Shown: positions 60,210 through 64,000 of the stretch, piece by piece
Position numbering within the stretch: the stretch's first letter is position 1
Layout of the letters: the number at the start of each line of letters is the position of its first letter
Source of the DNA: Candidatus Heimdallarchaeum endolithica
GTDB lineage: Archaea; Asgardarchaeota; Heimdallarchaeia; Heimdallarchaeales; Heimdallarchaeaceae
Length of the DNA stretch: 64,000 nucleotides
Assembly: GCA_021513715.1 (NCBI GenBank)
Contig: CP084167.1
Span: 1,088,001 to 1,152,000, forward strand
Direction of reading: 5' to 3'
Notes under the pieces: generated by a model
Database searches by the model: none
Seen by the model: only the letters and a program-made list of their open reading frames with translations
Told to the model about the DNA's origin: nothing
Program-made: the position numbers and the translations under genes

Positions 60210-62687
60210 TTAGTTTTCTTGCCTTTTTCTTCTTTGAATCACAACAATTGATTGAATTATGAACAAACTTGCTGTTATTCCTATTAATGTAACACTGTCA
60301 AAACCTGTTTTTTCTGTAGTTTCAGAAACTATGTGTATTTCATATGTTTCTAGGGTCCATTTTGAATTTCCTAGTTCGTCTTCAGCATATATTCGATAAG
60401 TTATATTAGAATTGGAACTAAATTTACCTAATTCTAACTCAAATACTCCAGTTGTAATATTGTAAAACATTATATTATCGTGTGTTTCATTTCCTTCTTT
60501 TGTTATTAATGTCCAAGAAATATTAACATAATCTCTTCCATCTATTTTTGCCAAGTTAGCTGTTTGGTTTTCTACTCTAACTTGCACAACAATATAGTAT
60601 TGGTCATAATATACACTTGTATAGGTAAACTTGTCAGATCCTTCAGCTCTAACGACGACTGTAGGTTTTTTAATTATTATTGGTGTTTTATCAGAGTATT
60701 CAATAACATAAGTATTATTGTTAGATACTGTACTTTCAGACCCATAAACTACTCTAACTCTATAAGTTATTTCCATGCCGTATTCCAACTTAGGTATTGA
60801 AGATTTGTAGATATAGATCTGACCAACTGATGATACGATTGTCATTTCTACAGATGTCCAATCATCATCAAAGTTTGACATATAGTCAAGATAGGCAGAA
60901 ATTAAAAGTTCTGATGGTTTATAGATTTGTGCTGTAACATTTACAATCATTGTATCATCAGGATCTGAAACATCTCTTTCAACAACACTTATTGCTGGAG
61001 GAACAATATATTTTTCTGATAATGGATGATTATCATAGATTTCAACATCTTTTCCTTCATAATTTACAGAATCTATGTAAACTGATTCTTCATTTACTTC
61101 ATCATAATAATTTCCATGAATTGTGCCATTAGAAACTTCATATTCGAAATTGACTATACAATCAGTTATGCTTCCGAATTTTCCAGTAATGTTGTAAAAG
61201 TTGTTGTGATAAACAATAGAATCATTGCTATCATCGAAAATTATTGCGTTCCCTGAAATATCTTCGAATGTATTTCCACTTACTTCAAAATTAGGGCTTT
61301 CTACTACTTTAATACCACTATCAACATTATTTAACAATCCATCAACAACTTTTGTTGTTTCTGTATCTACAACATAAACCCCTAGTTCAGAATTAGTAAA
61401 TTCATTACCTAATAATAATCCTCCTGAAACAAGAATTAACTCTGTTCCAATGTTTGAGTTGACTATATTATTACTTGATAAAGCAGGTGATGTTGAAGAC
61501 CATATTGATATTCCGATATTAGTTGTAAGGATATCATTTGCAGTTAGGGTTGCTTTGTCAGAATCTTCAATGTAAATAGCAGTTTCAGAGTTTACAATTG
61601 AATTGGCTATTACATTTATAGATCTTGAATGTTCAATATCTACGGATAATAAAATATCTGTTAGTTTATTATATTGAATTGCAGAAGCTCTATTTTCATT
61701 TAATTTTATACCAATAGAGCTGTTAGTTATTTCATTGTTTAACACATCAACGTAATCTGATTCTAGAATTTGCAATGCTATTTCAGTTAAATCGTCTATT
61801 GTATTGTCAGAAACTTCAGAATAATAAGTTTCAGACAAGTCGATTCCATACTCACTATTTGACAAAGTGTTTGTGGATATAGTTACATAACTAGAATCTA
61901 GTGTCATAATAGCTTTAGAAGCCTTATCAAAGTTGTTTTCTTTAATTGTAACTTGCTTAGATTGTTGAATAGTTATTCCACGATTAACATCAGTAAATTC
62001 ATTGTCTTCTATTGTTGCTCCTTGTTTTGTTTGATAAATACCAGTTTCTGCAATATTGTTGAAAGTATTTCCTTTAATTAAAATGTCAGGGCTTGAGGAT
62101 ATCGATACTCCAACATCTAAGTTTTCAAATGTGTTATTTACTAACTGTATTGAGGAATAAGTTAGTGATAAACCAGTTTCATTATTTTTAAAAGTGTTTC
62201 TTGAGATTAAACTGGTCTCTGGTAAAGTCAAGAATTTCATTTCATAACAGTTGTCAAAAACTGAATCAACTATTGTAACTTCTGCACTGTTAACGTTAAT
62301 ATCAATGTTTTCAACTATAGAATTATCTATGATAATTTCATTTCCTATTAGACTCTTGATTCTTCCGTTATAATCAGGATTTTCTGATAATATTTGACTG
62401 TCAGTAATATTCAAAGTATCTCCTACTTCTAAAACAACCTCATTTGTAGCATTTGCTTTAAAGATAACAATTGCGTTATAGATTGTTAATTTAGCATTGA
62501 AAAGCATAGACTCATTAATGTAAACTGTTTTGCCTTCCCAGATTGTATCCTCAGTAATTGTTTCTCTAACAGAAGAATTTTCTTCTGAGCCGATCTGAAT
62601 AGCAGAAGATGTAATCATTCCCACTGTTATTAAACTTAAAATTATTACAGAATTAATCAGTACTTGTAACCGATTTGTAAATTTCAT
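60210..62687 (-). CDS. Surface protein with a right-handed beta-helix (NosD/pectin-lyase-like) and a C-terminal anchor
   Basis: Repeating I..N.F.N...GI.I motifs; signal peptide; C-terminal TM followed by RRKR. Confidence 0.85.
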   Translation of the reverse strand: MKFTNRLQVLINSVIILSLITVGMITSSAIQIGSEENSSVRETITEDTIWEGKTVYINESMLFNAKLTIYNAIVIFKANATNEVVLEVGDTLNITDSQILSENPDYNGRIKSLIGNEIIIDNSIVENIDINVNSAEVTIVDSVFDNCYEMKFLTLPETSLISRNTFKNNETGLSLTYSSIQLVNNTFENLDVGVSISSSPDILIKGNTFNNIAETGIYQTKQGATIEDNEFTDVNRGITIQQSKQVTIKENNFDKASKAIMTLDSSYVTISTNTLSNSEYGIDLSETYYSEVSDNTIDDLTEIALQILESDYVDVLNNEITNSSIGIKLNENRASAIQYNKLTDILLSVDIEHSRSINVIANSIVNSETAIYIEDSDKATLTANDILTTNIGISIWSSTSPALSSNNIVNSNIGTELILVSGGLLLGNEFTNSELGVYVVDTETTKVVDGLLNNVDSGIKVVESPNFEVSGNTFEDISGNAIIFDDSNDSIVYHNNFYNITGKFGSITDCIVNFEYEVSNGTIHGNYYDEVNEESVYIDSVNYEGKDVEIYDNHPLSEKYIVPPAISVVERDVSDPDDTMIVNVTAQIYKPSELLISAYLDYMSNFDDDWTSVEMTIVSSVGQIYIYKSSIPKLEYGMEITYRVRVVYGSESTVSNNNTYVIEYSDKTPIIIKKPTVVVRAEGSDKFTYTSVYYDQYYIVVQVRVENQTANLAKIDGRDYVNISWTLITKEGNETHDNIMFYNITTGVFELELGKFSSNSNITYRIYAEDELGNSKWTLETYEIHIVSETTEKTGFDSVTLIGITASLFIIQSIVVIQRRKRQEN

Positions 62688-62809
62688 CTATTAAACCTCT
62701 TATGTATACAATACTGAAAACATCGACTTAAGAACATTTAAAAAGTTTTGCAAAGCAAATTAAACTTAAAATCGATGAATTTTTATATTTAATTTTAAGC
62801 AGAAGTCTA

Positions 62810-63283
62810 ATGATTTTTCTTGAGCGAAAACACTACTGTACAAATTGCAAGAAAGAGATTTTTCTATTCAAATTGACCACAAGAGAGAAGGATATTCTGG
62901 AAAAACATACATGCCCAACTTGTTCAAGTGAATTAATATCATATTGGTATGAATACCCTAGGTTGTATATTATTCCTATGATAGCTTCAGGCGCATTTTT
63001 TATGTTTGCTGTGATTTACTCCTTATTACGTTTTTATCAGGGTATTAAAGAGAGCGTTGATATATTTATTGCAATAAGTAACATTATCTTTGGTGGATTA
63101 GTAGAAATCTATGCTTCAACAAACAGAAAAAAGGTTTTCCCTCCTGAAAAAGAAGATAATTCTTTAGGAAAACTCTTGATTTTTAGGAAACAATTTGTTG
63201 ATGTTCTTTTCATCACTGTTGTCAGTTTTGCTATTGTCACTGCATTAAATAGTCTAATCTGGATACTCTGGACATATATTTAA
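62810..63283 (+). CDS. Membrane protein with an N-terminal Zn finger
   Basis: CTNC...CPTC followed by 3 TMs. Confidence 0.7.
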   Translation: MIFLERKHYCTNCKKEIFLFKLTTREKDILEKHTCPTCSSELISYWYEYPRLYIIPMIASGAFFMFAVIYSLLRFYQGIKESVDIFIAISNIIFGGLVEIYASTNRKKVFPPEKEDNSLGKLLIFRKQFVDVLFITVVSFAIVTALNSLIWILWTYI

Positions 63284-63290
63284 TATTTTT

Positions 63291-64000
63291 TTACTCTAAG
63301 TATAAGTTTTTTTCTTTTTCAATACCTTTTGTTGCTAAATAGACTAAAATTAAAGTTAAAGATATAATTTCCACAATGTAAATTGCCACTTCAAATGTGA
63401 ATTTTTTAGAAACAACTAGTAGTACTAACCTATATGGCCAATAAAAAGGATTAATTATCAAAGCTGTTGAAAAAGCAAAGGGATTAACTATTATCAAGAA
63501 ATAGAAAAAGAAACTAAAGCCAATTGATATTAAGGGACTTAATCTTTCACTTGCTTCTCTTGTTAAATTACAATCTACTGCCATTGTCATTAAAGTAGAG
63601 AGAAATAGAGCGATGATTACACTCAATATTACTAATAATACATCCCAAAAACCTAACAATTTGAAATTTAAAGAAAAAATATTAAAAAAGTTTGTATCAG
63701 AGTTTCTATTAATAACTAATGTTGCAGCTCCTATTCCCAGAAAGTAAGAAAGTGTTGAGCCTACAGAAGCTACGACTCCTGTAATAACCTTAGAAATAAT
63801 TAAAGAACGGTGATTAATTGTATAAGCGAGCATAATTTCCATAGTACGCATTCTTTTTTCTCTTGCGAACCCTATTAGACTATTGGATGAAGAGTTTAGT
63901 GCAATAAGTAAAAAAATCATATATCCAAGAGGATAGGCAATAATTGAAGCTTTTACACTTAAACTTTGTTCTCCGGTTCCAGAAGTTGGAGAAACTTGAA
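63291..64000 (-). CDS. ABC-2-type transporter permease (5' part outside the window)
   Basis: REKRMRTMEIMLAY...IISKV and INPFYW; multiple TMs. Confidence 0.8.
   Translation of the reverse strand, partial: QVSPTSGTGEQSLSVKASIIAYPLGYMIFLLIALNSSSNSLIGFAREKRMRTMEIMLAYTINHRSLIISKVITGVVASVGSTLSYFLGIGAATLVINRNSDTNFFNIFSLNFKLLGFWDVLLVILSVIIALFLSTLMTMAVDCNLTREASERLSPLISIGFSFFFYFLIIVNPFAFSTALIINPFYWPYRLVLLVVSKKFTFEVAIYIVEIISLTLILVYLATKGIEKEKNLYLE

Overview
Very AT-rich archaeal DNA, most likely from an Asgard (Heimdallarchaeia-like) archaeon. This is inferred from an archaeal membrane LonB, a longin-like protein, a tubulin-superfamily GTPase, TATA-type promoters and frequent TTG/GTG starts. No rRNA, tRNA or CRISPR array was seen. 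Layout: (1) 0-14.5 kb: a giant Ig-repeat surface protein (5'-truncated) converging on an operon of a divergent tubulin/FtsZ-family GTPase plus two coiled-coil proteins. (2) 18.4-27.5 kb: a tight six-gene envelope cluster with a secreted aerolysin-like beta-hairpin protein, three single-pass surface proteins with basic tails, a site-1-protease-like subtilase lacking all catalytic residues, and a LonB whose AAA+ motor is intact but whose Ser-Lys dyad is lost. (3) 28.6-48.5 kb: a toxin-antitoxin/defence-rich, partly decaying island. (4) A family of elements that insert at CCATR: a 1839-bp TnpB-only element with a Fanzor-type rearranged RuvC site, which interrupts an N-myristoyltransferase-like gene, and two 371-bp non-coding copies carrying a promoter and a structured RNA that shares a covarying 3' pseudoknot with the TnpB element's RNA (probable stand-alone omega-RNA mini-elements). 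(5) 53-64 kb: ordinary housekeeping, regulatory and membrane genes. All family assignments come from motif reading by eye; no database search was run.
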